In this document: piece by piece, positions 1-8,138 of the stretch
Numbering within the stretch: position 1 is the stretch's first letter
Layout: every line of letters begins with the position of its first letter
Virus record (IMG/VR): IMGVR_UViG_3300049719_000183
Span: 1-64,000 of that record
Length of the DNA stretch: 64,000 nucleotides
Strand: one strand, 5' to 3'
Source of the DNA: a virus
The notes under the pieces: generated by a model
Database searches by the model: none
Told to the model about the DNA's origin: nothing
Seen by the model: only the letters and a program-made list of their open reading frames with translations
Position numbers and translations under genes: made by a program

Positions 1-497
1 GGGTTTCTGTTGCCGCTGAATTTCGTGGCAGTGCCCGTGTCACCGGCCCGCAGTGTATCGGGCGTCACCTTGCTGTCCCTCATAGCTGCGTAGGAGTCCC
101 CGAGATTGAGCCAGCAGGTGCCATCATCCCTGAGCACTCGCTTCACCTCGTGAAAGACATCTACGAGACGAGCAACATAGGCTTCTGGCGATGACTCCTG
201 TCCAAGTTGTTCATCGATGCGTCGAGCCCCGCACTTGGCACATGTCTGGCGGGTGAGTGCAGCAACCCCGTCACGGTTTCTTTGGCCCCGATCATCGACC
301 ACGCCATCAGCCCTGCCAGCTCCGTTGCGGCCTTGCTTGTGGTCGCAAGCAGGGTCACCACCTTCCCATTTGGCTGTGCCGTAGTCCCTCAGGCCCCAGT
401 AGGGAGGACTGGTGACTGCCATGTGCACACTGTTATCGGGCAGCGTGCGAAGCTTCGCCAACGCGTCACCCTGCAATATCTGCAGTGTCGGCGTCAT
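1..497 (-). CDS. N4-C/N6-A DNA methyltransferase (beta class); 5' part only, runs off the window edge
   Basis: Manual translation from ATG 497: MTPTLQILQGDALAKLRTLPDNSVHMAVTSPPYWGLRDYG...RLVDVFHEVKRVLRDDGTCWLNLGDSY. SPPY catalytic motif; paralog of 56636..57727. Confidence 0.9.
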   Translation of the reverse strand, partial: MTPTLQILQGDALAKLRTLPDNSVHMAVTSPPYWGLRDYGTAKWEGGDPACDHKQGRNGAGRADGVVDDRGQRNRDGVAALTRQTCAKCGARRIDEQLGQESSPEAYVARLVDVFHEVKRVLRDDGTCWLNLGDSYAAMRDSKVTPDTLRAGDTGTATKFSGNRN

Positions 498-514
498 GTG
501 GCTAGCCTGATCGG

Positions 515-1525
515 TTAGCGGGTCTTGTACGGAGCCAGAAGCTCGTCAGCCCGGTCAGGATAGGTCTTGAGCACGTACTTCTTCAGATTGTCAAATCGAG
601 TGTACGACTTGCCATCTGCCGCACAGACAAACTTCTTCTGCGCTTCTGGGAGTGCTGCGGGAGCGGGTGCATCCGGCACCGTAGGATCGGGAAGGTCGGC
701 CCCCTCGTATACGTCGCTTTCGGGGATCTTCACCGTGGCATCCGTGAGGACGACAGGGGCGGGCTCCTTTGGGGGCGCTCCAACGGGGGTGGTGATCGTG
801 ACCCTGGGACCTCCTGCAGGCGGCTTCGGCGCAGCTTCCTGCTGGCGGCGAAGGGCTCCCGGTGTGACGATCTCGTCAACATACGGGGCGTTCTTGGCGC
901 TCAGGCCATCCTCTGCATCGGGGCCTTCAATCGGAGGCCTTGCACGACGAATGACATTCCGGGCCTCAGCCTCAGCTACGCCTTCCCTCCCGGGGAACGC
1001 TCGCACAGCTGGATTGATGCCTGTGGGGGTGAACCCGGGCAGTTCGGGTTTCTTTGCCATCGGGCCGCCGGTGAATCCGGCGCTGCCCTTATCTGAGGGA
1101 GCATGGGGCTTCGGAGGCATTATGCCGCCTGGCTGCTTGCGGTCGGAAACCAGCACGTTTGTTGGAGCCCGTTGCACCTGTTGGACAGGATTGATGGCCC
1201 TCTGCTGTGGCATGGGCTGGGGCTTCCAGGGGGCCGCAGACACGCCGATGCCTTTGCCTCCCGTTGTGTTGAGTAACACCAGTGCTGTGGGGTCACCCAG
1301 CTGCTTGGTGAGGCCGCCGGGCTGAAGGAAGCCGTCGAGACGGGGGTCATTGATCCTTTGACCGTCCATCTTGCCATCCGGTCCCCGCTCACAGATGTAA
1401 CCACCCGGTTGCAGGGTGATGTTCAAGGCCAGAGCGTTCGAGTTGATCGTCAGCGGATACTTATTGCCGTTGAAGTAACCCGTTGTGGTGGTCAGCTCCG
1501 CAGGTGTTGGGGCTCTCTTTGACAT
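515..1525 (-). CDS. Pro-rich hypothetical protein with a degenerate Zn-finger-like C-terminus
   Basis: 336-aa ORF ending FVCAADGKSYTRFDNLKKYVLKTYP; GTTCT-N8-ATG motif upstream. Confidence 0.65.
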   Translation of the reverse strand: MSKRAPTPAELTTTTGYFNGNKYPLTINSNALALNITLQPGGYICERGPDGKMDGQRINDPRLDGFLQPGGLTKQLGDPTALVLLNTTGGKGIGVSAAPWKPQPMPQQRAINPVQQVQRAPTNVLVSDRKQPGGIMPPKPHAPSDKGSAGFTGGPMAKKPELPGFTPTGINPAVRAFPGREGVAEAEARNVIRRARPPIEGPDAEDGLSAKNAPYVDEIVTPGALRRQQEAAPKPPAGGPRVTITTPVGAPPKEPAPVVLTDATVKIPESDVYEGADLPDPTVPDAPAPAALPEAQKKFVCAADGKSYTRFDNLKKYVLKTYPDRADELLAPYKTR

Positions 1526-1539
1526 GGTGCTATAGAACG

Positions 1540-1737
1540 TTACAATGTTAGGTAGAAGTAGGTTTTCCCGTCGTTGGTTAGGGTGTAACGGGTTCCTGTA
1601 TCTGTAACCTCTGTTGATAGAACAGTTAACTCACTGGGCTGTGGGGCGCCCCTCAACTGCCGAAAAATCAACAGAAGCACCACGAAATTGGCAGCTCCTA
1701 CTAGGAGAACAGCCCCCGCTATGATTGCATCGCCCAT
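1540..1737 (-). CDS. small membrane protein
   Basis: N-terminal hydrophobic helix; packed in a minus-strand operon. Confidence 0.55.
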   Translation of the reverse strand: MGDAIIAGAVLLVGAANFVVLLLIFRQLRGAPQPSELTVLSTEVTDTGTRYTLTNDGKTYFYLTL

Positions 1738-2081
1738 CGGTTGATCAAATCCCTACAGCCATAGAGAGTATCGGCCACAGTTCGGGTTTTCGGAACAGCG
1801 TTTACAATCGCTACAGTCAACGGAGGCTTCCCCCCATCAGCTTGAAGTTCAGGACGAGAGGGATCGCGCCATATTCCCAGGTGTACCTCGTCGTTTACGC
1901 GCAGACGCAGATAACCAGCGAGAGATACCATCTGGAAGGGTTTGAATCGCTTGAAATCGGAACAGGTGAGCGCCTGAGCCTTGATTCGTCGCCCTGATGC
2001 CATGACGCTCTCACGGTTGTCCTCGTCGCGGATGACACAATAAGTGGCCGTGTCCACCAAGTGTTCGAGTTCGAGGATCAT
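1719..2081 (-). CDS. hypothetical protein
   Basis: Likely start MILELEHL at 2081, overlapping the upstream stop as ATGA. Confidence 0.6.
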   Translation of the reverse strand: MILELEHLVDTATYCVIRDEDNRESVMASGRRIKAQALTCSDFKRFKPFQMVSLAGYLRLRVNDEVHLGIWRDPSRPELQADGGKPPLTVAIVNAVPKTRTVADTLYGCRDLINRWAMQS

Positions 2082-2284
2082 TTTTGACCGTATTCTCGAT
2101 TCAAGATGTGCAAGAAAACGCGGCCTTCCTCTCGCGTGCAACTGACCTCCAAATAATCCTGACCGCTCGCCGTTTGATAGCCCGGCTTGAAACTGAAGGG
2201 GGTTCCCGCCCGTATTAGGATGGAGCAGGCGTGGGTGGTTTTCTGCCAATTTTCACCACTGGAGAGGTTGAGTGATATTTTCAT
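2078..2284 (-). CDS. hypothetical protein
   Basis: 68-aa ORF coupled by ATGA overlaps on both sides. Confidence 0.55.
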   Translation of the reverse strand: MKISLNLSSGENWQKTTHACSILIRAGTPFSFKPGYQTASGQDYLEVSCTREEGRVFLHILNREYGQK

Positions 2285-4998
2285 CGGTCGTCTATGGCCT
2301 CTAAGAACCAGCTAGGAAGGTCTCTCTTCGTGCTGTGAATGAGGCGGCTGATGTCTGAATCGATGGCGTAGGTGACGCAGGTGTCGTCTTTGGCTCGCAT
2401 GCCCCTACCGCACGTCTGGACGAAGCACTTCACGGCCTCCATGTGATACCACTCAGGATCCCGAGCCATACGGGCCTTCACTACCTGATCGCCCAGGCTG
2501 GGATATTGGCACTTCAGAACGATTTGCCAACGGCACAGATCGTAGGCGAAATCAAAGCCCTCGAACAGGCTTGGGCTGATGAGGATGCTTCCAGGTGTCT
2601 CGGCGTGGCGCTTCATCGCTTCATCCCGAGCGTCTACATTTTCTGGGTAGGCGATTCGGCCTGCAAATCCAGCCTGAATGAGACCGTGCACAACCTCGTC
2701 GGCGAAGGCGTACGAGTGGGTGTGTATGACGCCTCGATCCGTGTGATTCTGGACAATCTTGGTGATGAGGCCCATCATGCGAGGTAGCATCACGTCCCTG
2801 CTCTGCTTGGCCAGGCTGCCAGCGTTGAGAAGGTGAATGGGGCGTCTTTCCTTGGCGAAATCGCTGGGAGCCTTGTAGTGCGCCACAGAGTCGGGATGCA
2901 GGCCCATCTCATGGCAAAACACTGACTTTCTCCCGATGAAGGCACTCATGTAGATGCGTCGGGGAAAGGCGTCGAAATAGTCGTGGAAAAAGGGGCCTAC
3001 ATCGATGGGTTTGCAGAGGATGGTGAGATTCTTCGTGCGCTCGTTCACGTCGTGCCAGTACACCCAGCCGCCAGGATCCGCTTGAAGCCGCTTGTAGGCG
3101 ATGGACACCCGCTCGTACTCCTGTTTGGCCTCGAATATCTCCCGGGCGTCAGCATCCGATGAGCCGACATCCTCGGCCATCTCGATCAGCACCTTTAGAC
3201 GTTCGTAGCTCTCAGGCAGGAACGTGGCCCCGAGCCAGAAGATGAAATCATGGATGCTCGTGTTGAGCGACATCATCTCATCTGCCAGCGAGCGGTCCCT
3301 CTTGTATAACTTCTCGTAGCTCAACTCGATGCCGACAAGGGAAGTCAGGGTTTTTTCCAAATTGTGACAATTGTGAACTAGGACGCCGTTGGCGAAGTAA
3401 TTGTGGTTTCCCTCAACTTCGATATTGTAGACAAAACCGTCTGGGCACAGTCCTCCAAATGTTCCGTCACCTGACTGTTCCAAAATCTCAACACGATCCA
3501 CCCTAATTCTTTCAAACGTCGAGTCTTCCAAGAGTCCCTCGTCTTCTGTTGAAGGGTTCTGTGGCTGTTCCCGTCCACCTCTATCGCTAACTTGTACTCC
3601 ACAAGTCCAATGTCCATACGATAGCATTTCACTCGGGGCATTATTTCGGAGGGAGGGGTTTGAGCGTTCATTGGCTGCTCTTCTGGCTGAAAACCTCCCA
3701 TGCCAACCGCGAGTTCCATCTTCGGATTCAGTCCAAGGGTCTTTAACTTCTCGTACAGTTCCGTTTGCCATTTCGTTGGACCCCACCCATTGCCCCGACG
3801 CAGGGCCAATTTCTTTCCTTTCATTGAAATTTTTATCTTCTCTATGACGCCGGGTCGATGTACCGGGTTGTTCTGCCGCATGCGTTTTGAGATTTTCTTG
3901 GAATCCCGTAACTGGGTGCGCGTCATGGTTTCCGACCACACTGAAAGCGACCTGGCTCGGCAGCATTTCTCTGAACAATAAGCGTAACCGTGAGACTTGA
4001 AGCGTCCGAGCGACGACCAGGGTGGATTTCCGTACTCGCAAATAACTGGCCTTGAACAGTGCTTGCAGTTTGTTAGTGCCTGCTCTCGGTTCAATCTCCT
4101 GTGAATTTTGTAGCATTCTTCCGAGCAGCAGAAATAACCCAACCTTATGGCGTGTCTGTTTTGATAGCCCGGCTTGTGAACCGCACGGTAAGCGTATCTC
4201 CGACAAACCACGCAGCGGTAAACGATGGGTTCTGCGGTGCACATACCTACCTTCTGTGTTTTTGGCTGGGATGTAAGTATCATCTGAGAAAAATGGGTGG
4301 TTGGGTGTGCAAATTATGCAGCTTTTGTCAGAAAACACCAACCTACACAGGGCCTTAGGCTGTGACCTAAATACCTTAGTAATAGTACTTAACTCAACAT
4401 TTTTAGTGATGTGATTGAAACTATGCAGGGCGTCTCCAACGTGTAATAGATTTATAGGGGTTGTGTCTATAACTACAGTGGATGGAAAACATTCATCCAG
4501 CACCAGCACAGCCCTTGGATACATGCTCTTCACGTACGCCGCATCGGTTAGGAAATAGGCGTAGTTGGTGACACCCAAAATGCTGTTCAGGAACAGGTCC
4601 TTCTGTATTTTGTAGGCGCACTCACCCGCTTTTTTCATCGGGCACGGTTTCACAGCGAGGCCACAGAATTTGAACCTTGGGCACGGGTATTCGATGGCGC
4701 TCTTGATGAGCTGAGCGCTGAAACCTCCCACCCCGAAGCGACCCAGGTCTGTGGCAATCTGATCCTGCAGGGCCTTCTGGACCACGAGCATGTAGCCCCC
4801 GGGTTGCAGTAGCGGATCGTTTGTGGGTCCACTCAGCCACCGGCACAGCGTGGCGCCCACTGCTGTTTTGCCGAATCCTGTAGGCGCTTCGATGATGATG
4901 TCCTGGTATCCCTTCGCAAGTGCATCCTCCGTGAAGGCCAGAGCCTCCACTTGTGGCTCCCGAGGGACAGGCAGTGGGAAATAATCGAGGGCAGGCAT
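2281..4998 (-). CDS. DinG/XPD(Rad3)-family SF2 helicase precursor containing an intein
   Basis: Q motif REPQVEA, Walker A APTGFGKT, 4-Cys cluster CPRFKFC..C..C, spliced Walker B VLDECHN, EGFDF and QTCGRGMR motifs. Alternative start at 5040. Confidence 0.9.
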   Translation of the reverse strand: MPALDYFPLPVPREPQVEALAFTEDALAKGYQDIIIEAPTGFGKTAVGATLCRWLSGPTNDPLLQPGGYMLVVQKALQDQIATDLGRFGVGGFSAQLIKSAIEYPCPRFKFCGLAVKPCPMKKAGECAYKIQKDLFLNSILGVTNYAYFLTDAAYVKSMYPRAVLVLDECFPSTVVIDTTPINLLHVGDALHSFNHITKNVELSTITKVFRSQPKALCRLVFSDKSCIICTPNHPFFSDDTYIPAKNTEGRYVHRRTHRLPLRGLSEIRLPCGSQAGLSKQTRHKVGLFLLLGRMLQNSQEIEPRAGTNKLQALFKASYLRVRKSTLVVARTLQVSRLRLLFREMLPSQVAFSVVGNHDAHPVTGFQENLKTHAAEQPGTSTRRHREDKNFNERKEIGPASGQWVGSNEMANGTVREVKDPWTESEDGTRGWHGRFSARRAANERSNPSLRNNAPSEMLSYGHWTCGVQVSDRGGREQPQNPSTEDEGLLEDSTFERIRVDRVEILEQSGDGTFGGLCPDGFVYNIEVEGNHNYFANGVLVHNCHNLEKTLTSLVGIELSYEKLYKRDRSLADEMMSLNTSIHDFIFWLGATFLPESYERLKVLIEMAEDVGSSDADAREIFEAKQEYERVSIAYKRLQADPGGWVYWHDVNERTKNLTILCKPIDVGPFFHDYFDAFPRRIYMSAFIGRKSVFCHEMGLHPDSVAHYKAPSDFAKERRPIHLLNAGSLAKQSRDVMLPRMMGLITKIVQNHTDRGVIHTHSYAFADEVVHGLIQAGFAGRIAYPENVDARDEAMKRHAETPGSILISPSLFEGFDFAYDLCRWQIVLKCQYPSLGDQVVKARMARDPEWYHMEAVKCFVQTCGRGMRAKDDTCVTYAIDSDISRLIHSTKRDLPSWFLEAIDDR
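3374..3589 (-). repeat. copy 1 of a near-identical tract shared with 13956..14171 (inverted orientation)
   Basis: 3468-3589 is the reverse complement of 13956-14077 (122 bp); 3374-3444 is the reverse complement of 14101-14171 (71 bp); a 23-bp divergent patch lies between. Confidence 0.95.
3378..4244 (-). CDS. nested +1-frame endonuclease inside the intein (Cys Zn-finger repeats, NUMOD3-like segment, DUF559/Vsr-like nuclease)
   Basis: CVVC..CCSEEC and CKHC..CSEKC; RMRQNNPVHRPGVIEKI; YRMDIG..KLAIEVDGNSH..RD..LKELGWIVLRFWN. ATG 4244 follows an AAGGTAGGT RBS (alternative start 4283). Confidence 0.85.
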   Translation of the reverse strand: MCTAEPIVYRCVVCRRYAYRAVHKPGYQNRHAIRLGYFCCSEECYKIHRRLNREQALTNCKHCSRPVICEYGNPPWSSLGRFKSHGYAYCSEKCCRARSLSVWSETMTRTQLRDSKKISKRMRQNNPVHRPGVIEKIKISMKGKKLALRRGNGWGPTKWQTELYEKLKTLGLNPKMELAVGMGGFQPEEQPMNAQTPPSEIMPRVKCYRMDIGLVEYKLAIEVDGNSHRTLQQKTRDSWKTRRLKELGWIVLRFWNSQVTEHLEDCAQTVLSTISKLRETTITSPTAS

Positions 4999-5044
4999 AA
5001 AGATGTTTACAGGCTGAGTTCTTTGAAGAACTGTGCGCACCTCG

Positions 5045-5050
5045 TAGTTA
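5045..5050 (+). promoter_or_regulatory. TAGTTA start-proximal motif (representative of about 15 copies; putative late promoter)
   Basis: TAGTTA/CAGTTA lies 3-5 nt before the start codons at 5056, 6489, 7006, 20194(-), 20225, 20362, 21270, 24220, 33493, 33803, 56604(-), 59094 and 62927. Confidence 0.7.
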
Positions 5051-5055
5051 GAAAT

Positions 5056-5565
5056 ATGAACGACCTGTTCAAGTTGCTGTTTGAAGACCTTCCAGAACCG
5101 GATGACGAGGTCATGCGGCTACTTGAGGCTGCCGAAAGGGTGGAAAAGTTGGAGGTGAAGAAGAAGCCCTTGGCAGACGCCCTGAAGGACCTCCACATCG
5201 AGGACGTGGAGCTTACAGCAACACCTGACGGTGTGCTAGCCACATGGAACAGTGATGTGAGCTTCCACACAGACACGGAAAGGCTCGGATTACCCGATGT
5301 TATCACTCAGCTAGCCGGTCACGGATGGGTTCCCGTGTGCGGTGGAGACACTCGCCCGGGCGATGAGTCGCCCAACTACACCTGGAAGTTTCTTGAGGTG
5401 GACGAGGTTCCCTATTCCAGCGATGATGAGGCCCCATCCTCGGAGGAACAGGCAGCCACGGCCATGAAGTTCAACGGTTTTGCCAAGCAGGACCAGACGA
5501 CTACTGAGCCCCCCATGCAGGGAGATGCCCGAGCCCTGAAGGCTCTCAAGAAGGGAAAGAAGTGA
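5056..5565 (+). CDS. acidic hypothetical protein, putative head-associated
   Basis: Start MNDLFKLLFED follows a TAGTTA motif. Confidence 0.65.
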   Translation: MNDLFKLLFEDLPEPDDEVMRLLEAAERVEKLEVKKKPLADALKDLHIEDVELTATPDGVLATWNSDVSFHTDTERLGLPDVITQLAGHGWVPVCGGDTRPGDESPNYTWKFLEVDEVPYSSDDEAPSSEEQAATAMKFNGFAKQDQTTTEPPMQGDARALKALKKGKK

Positions 5566-5825
5566 GCCCTGCTCGTGAACGGATAGATGCCCTGTTCGAG
5601 CGTGCGCGGGGGCCGCACCAGGAGGAACCCTTTGACACGGTGGGATTCATCATGGCCTTCGAGAATGGTGAGTTGGACGAGCAAGAGGTCGCTGAAGGAT
5701 TTCAACATCTGATCGACAGTGGCGTGGTCTGGCAGCTTCAGGGAATGTACGGCAGGACCGCCGCTGACCTCATCAGGAACGGTCTGTGTCAAGACACGCA
5801 TGGCGTACTCGCCAAAAACCAATGA
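5562..5825 (+). CDS. small phage protein with N-terminal RERIDALFE tag
   Basis: FQHLIDSGVVWQLQGMYGRTAADLI resembles a common small phage protein; translationally coupled to the upstream gene. Confidence 0.7.
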   Translation: MSPARERIDALFERARGPHQEEPFDTVGFIMAFENGELDEQEVAEGFQHLIDSGVVWQLQGMYGRTAADLIRNGLCQDTHGVLAKNQ

Positions 5826-6481
5826 GTGACGCATTCTGGGAGACCATTGCATGGCACGAGGCCCACACGCCCCCTTTTCCGCCCATCCTGGAGGCCTATA
5901 GAGGCACCGAGGTGGTGGAGTGGTGGGGACGCATCGAGCGTCAGCTTGTGGACATGGTTAACCGCTTCGAGACCAGCCGGGACTTCGAGAGCAAATCCAA
6001 GGCTCAGGAAGCGCTCGACATCTGGAGGCAGAACCAGATCTCTGGCAGCATCAACATCGAGACAATCAAGGCGCTTGAGTCTGGAATGCGCATCCTGGCC
6101 GTCGATACGTGGAATCAGAGCAATTATTTTGCGGCTCTCCGTGACAGCCTGCGCAAGCTGGTGGCGGGCCAGGAGGAACTGCCCCCGATGCCTGATGAGA
6201 CAGGTGGCATGGGTGGAGGCGGCGGTGGCGGCGGTGGTGGTGGAGGCGGCGGTGGCCCCAATAAGCCCATTGTGGGTGGACCGGAGGAGAACCCTGAGGA
6301 GGGCGGCCCCGAGCCGAGCCAGGACTTTGGCCCCGAGAAGGAACCCGGAGAGACACCTGATCAAGAGGGCAAGGCCGTACCGCCCGAAGGGGAGGAACCA
6401 GCGGGTGCCCCAGGTGGTGGCGCAAGAAATCCGAGATCCAAGCCCAATCCCCTCGACAGACTTCTGAGAGGCAAACAGTAG
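5822..6481 (+). CDS. hypothetical protein with poly-Gly and acidic/Pro tail (possible head-assembly protein)
   Basis: (GGY)n run at about 6203-6256; low-complexity C-terminus. Confidence 0.65.
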   Translation: MSDAFWETIAWHEAHTPPFPPILEAYRGTEVVEWWGRIERQLVDMVNRFETSRDFESKSKAQEALDIWRQNQISGSINIETIKALESGMRILAVDTWNQSNYFAALRDSLRKLVAGQEELPPMPDETGGMGGGGGGGGGGGGGGGPNKPIVGGPEENPEEGGPEPSQDFGPEKEPGETPDQEGKAVPPEGEEPAGAPGGGARNPRSKPNPLDRLLRGKQ

Positions 6482-6488
6482 TTACACC

Positions 6489-6938
6489 ATGACCAAGATT
6501 TCCCCAAGCGTCGTTTCACTCATCGGTGAGTCCAATTTGTCTGAGGTGTCGCATGCCACCATCGAGCTGAAGGTGACGGGCACTTCGGCTGAGGTCCAGA
6601 GGGCCGTCAAGCACATCGCTGGCTCCAAGGGCAAGAAGACGCTAGCCAAGATGGCCAAGAAAGAGGTCAAGGACGAGCCGGAAGACGCCGGTGACGATCT
6701 TCCCGCTACCCATGCCGACCCAGGCCCTGACGGGCGTGGCGTGCTCGCTCGCGACGAGAGCATCTCGCCCGAGGACTTGGCCAACGCCCGCCTGATCGCA
6801 GCCGCGCCGGAGCTGCTGGACGCTCTTAGGCGCTTGATGGACTGCCCAGACCTATGCCTTGACACGCTGGAGCCTGAAAGCGATTCCGCAATCGAAGCGG
6901 CCCGCGCCGCAATCGCCAAGGCGGAGGGCCGCGCATGA
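6489..6938 (+). CDS. hypothetical protein with ANARLIAAAPELL motif
   Basis: Common phage motif in the C-terminal half; TAGTTA upstream. Confidence 0.65.
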   Translation: MTKISPSVVSLIGESNLSEVSHATIELKVTGTSAEVQRAVKHIAGSKGKKTLAKMAKKEVKDEPEDAGDDLPATHADPGPDGRGVLARDESISPEDLANARLIAAAPELLDALRRLMDCPDLCLDTLEPESDSAIEAARAAIAKAEGRA

Positions 6939-7005
6939 CCGCCCAACTCGACATGTTCGCGGCTTCGACTTGCCACACGCCTTCTCGACGGGGCCTAGTT
7001 AGGGC

Positions 7006-7347
7006 ATGATCACCCCGCGTCAGTTTGTTGCCGGTCTTCTCGAAGACTGGAACAACCCCAGTGCAGCTCCACGACCAGGTGAGCAGCAGGATGACCAGAT
7101 TGGGGACGATGTGACGGTAGTATCAGATGGTGAAGCTTTTCAGGGCAAGATTGCCAAGAAAGACCCGAGAGACTCCAAGGGGCGTGTCCAGGTGAGCTTC
7201 AAAGGTCCTCGCCCTCCCAAGGACGAGTTCGAGCCTGATCAGTTGAGGCACGATGATCCGAAGAACGGGCCGAAGCCCGCAACGTCACCCAGGCCCGTTC
7301 CCCCTGTTTCAAGCAGGGAGGGCAGAGGCCCTGGCAGCTTTCTTTAG
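7006..7347 (+). CDS. hypothetical protein (SH3/KOW-like core possible)
   Basis: IGDDVTVV..GKI..VQVSF pattern; TAGTTA-N4-ATG. Confidence 0.6.
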   Translation: MITPRQFVAGLLEDWNNPSAAPRPGEQQDDQIGDDVTVVSDGEAFQGKIAKKDPRDSKGRVQVSFKGPRPPKDEFEPDQLRHDDPKNGPKPATSPRPVPPVSSREGRGPGSFL

Positions 7348-7763
7348 CCGACAATCTTGACGGTGTCGTGAGTCGTGTCACCCGTTCCGATAACGACGCA
7401 CTCACGGGGAGCGTCCTCAGGAGTCTCAGGCTGTGGTATTGCTGGCTGAGGTATAGGAACTGTGGGCTGGGGCGCAACCGACTTCACCGTAGGCATTACC
7501 GGCACTTTTTCCTCCCTGAAGTATCTCGCACGTATCAATGCCCGCTTGTGGTAGCTGAACAGCCACGGAATGGGTTGGCAGGTTTCCAGCTTGATCTGCA
7601 ACTCCTTGAGCAGAGCTGACCGTTCAATGGTTCCGTGTGCCCTGATGATGTCCACGATCATCCTCGGCTGTGGAGGAAGCGTTTCGGCCACATAGTAAGT
7701 CAACTTGCGGACGTACCGCCTCGGTTTCTTTCCTATGGTTTTTGTCTTGGTGGTTTTCTTCAT
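7344..7763 (-). CDS. basic hypothetical protein (possible winged-helix DNA binder)
   Basis: 139-aa ORF transcribed divergently from a shared promoter region at 7770-7875. Confidence 0.55.
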   Translation of the reverse strand: MKKTTKTKTIGKKPRRYVRKLTYYVAETLPPQPRMIVDIIRAHGTIERSALLKELQIKLETCQPIPWLFSYHKRALIRARYFREEKVPVMPTVKSVAPQPTVPIPQPAIPQPETPEDAPRECVVIGTGDTTHDTVKIVG

Positions 7764-7878
7764 GTGTTAGGGCATGGGTTTCTTTCGTAGGCGGAGTAGT
7801 TACCACAATGATGCACGTTTGTAAACAGCATTCTAACTTTTGTGTTTACATCACTCCCTGTATGTATACGGTACGCCC

Positions 7879-8136
7879 ATGAACTACAAGAACACCATCA
7901 TCGTAGTCTCCGGTCCCTCTGGTCGTGAGTATGTTGTGAAAATGGGCAGTACCACGATCATCAGCACGAGGCTGGATGACGCATCAACACTGTCCCCACA
8001 GGAAGCCGCCGATTTTATCAACAAAATGGACCGTCCTGCCGTTGCCAAGGATCTTGACTGGTATAGGGTTGAGGTAGGTCGCAGCCGTGAAATTGAGGTG
8101 CGATTGGAACGGGAACTTCAGGAGATCCTGGAGTAA
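7879..8136 (+). CDS. hypothetical protein
   Basis: ATG 6 nt after TTTACA-N16-TACGGT. Confidence 0.55.
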   Translation: MNYKNTIIVVSGPSGREYVVKMGSTTIISTRLDDASTLSPQEAADFINKMDRPAVAKDLDWYRVEVGRSREIEVRLERELQEILE

Positions 8137-8138
8137 CG

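Larger units (their letters stand above)
3370..4491 (-). mobile_element. intein (374 aa) inserted in helicase Walker B (DE|C...HN|CH)
   Basis: Block A CFPSTVVID, block B CTPNHPF, blocks F/G VYNIEVEGNHNYFANGVLVHN followed by Cys+1; visibly lower GC than the exteins. Confidence 0.95.

Noticed and set aside
3378-4283. Nested nuclease ORF as a simple sequencing frameshift of an in-frame intein endonuclease
   Set aside because: The helicase-intein frame is uninterrupted, the nested ORF has its own start and stop, and the same arrangement recurs in a diverged second copy.
6203-6256. Poly-Gly GGY repeat
   Set aside because: Ordinary low-complexity linker.
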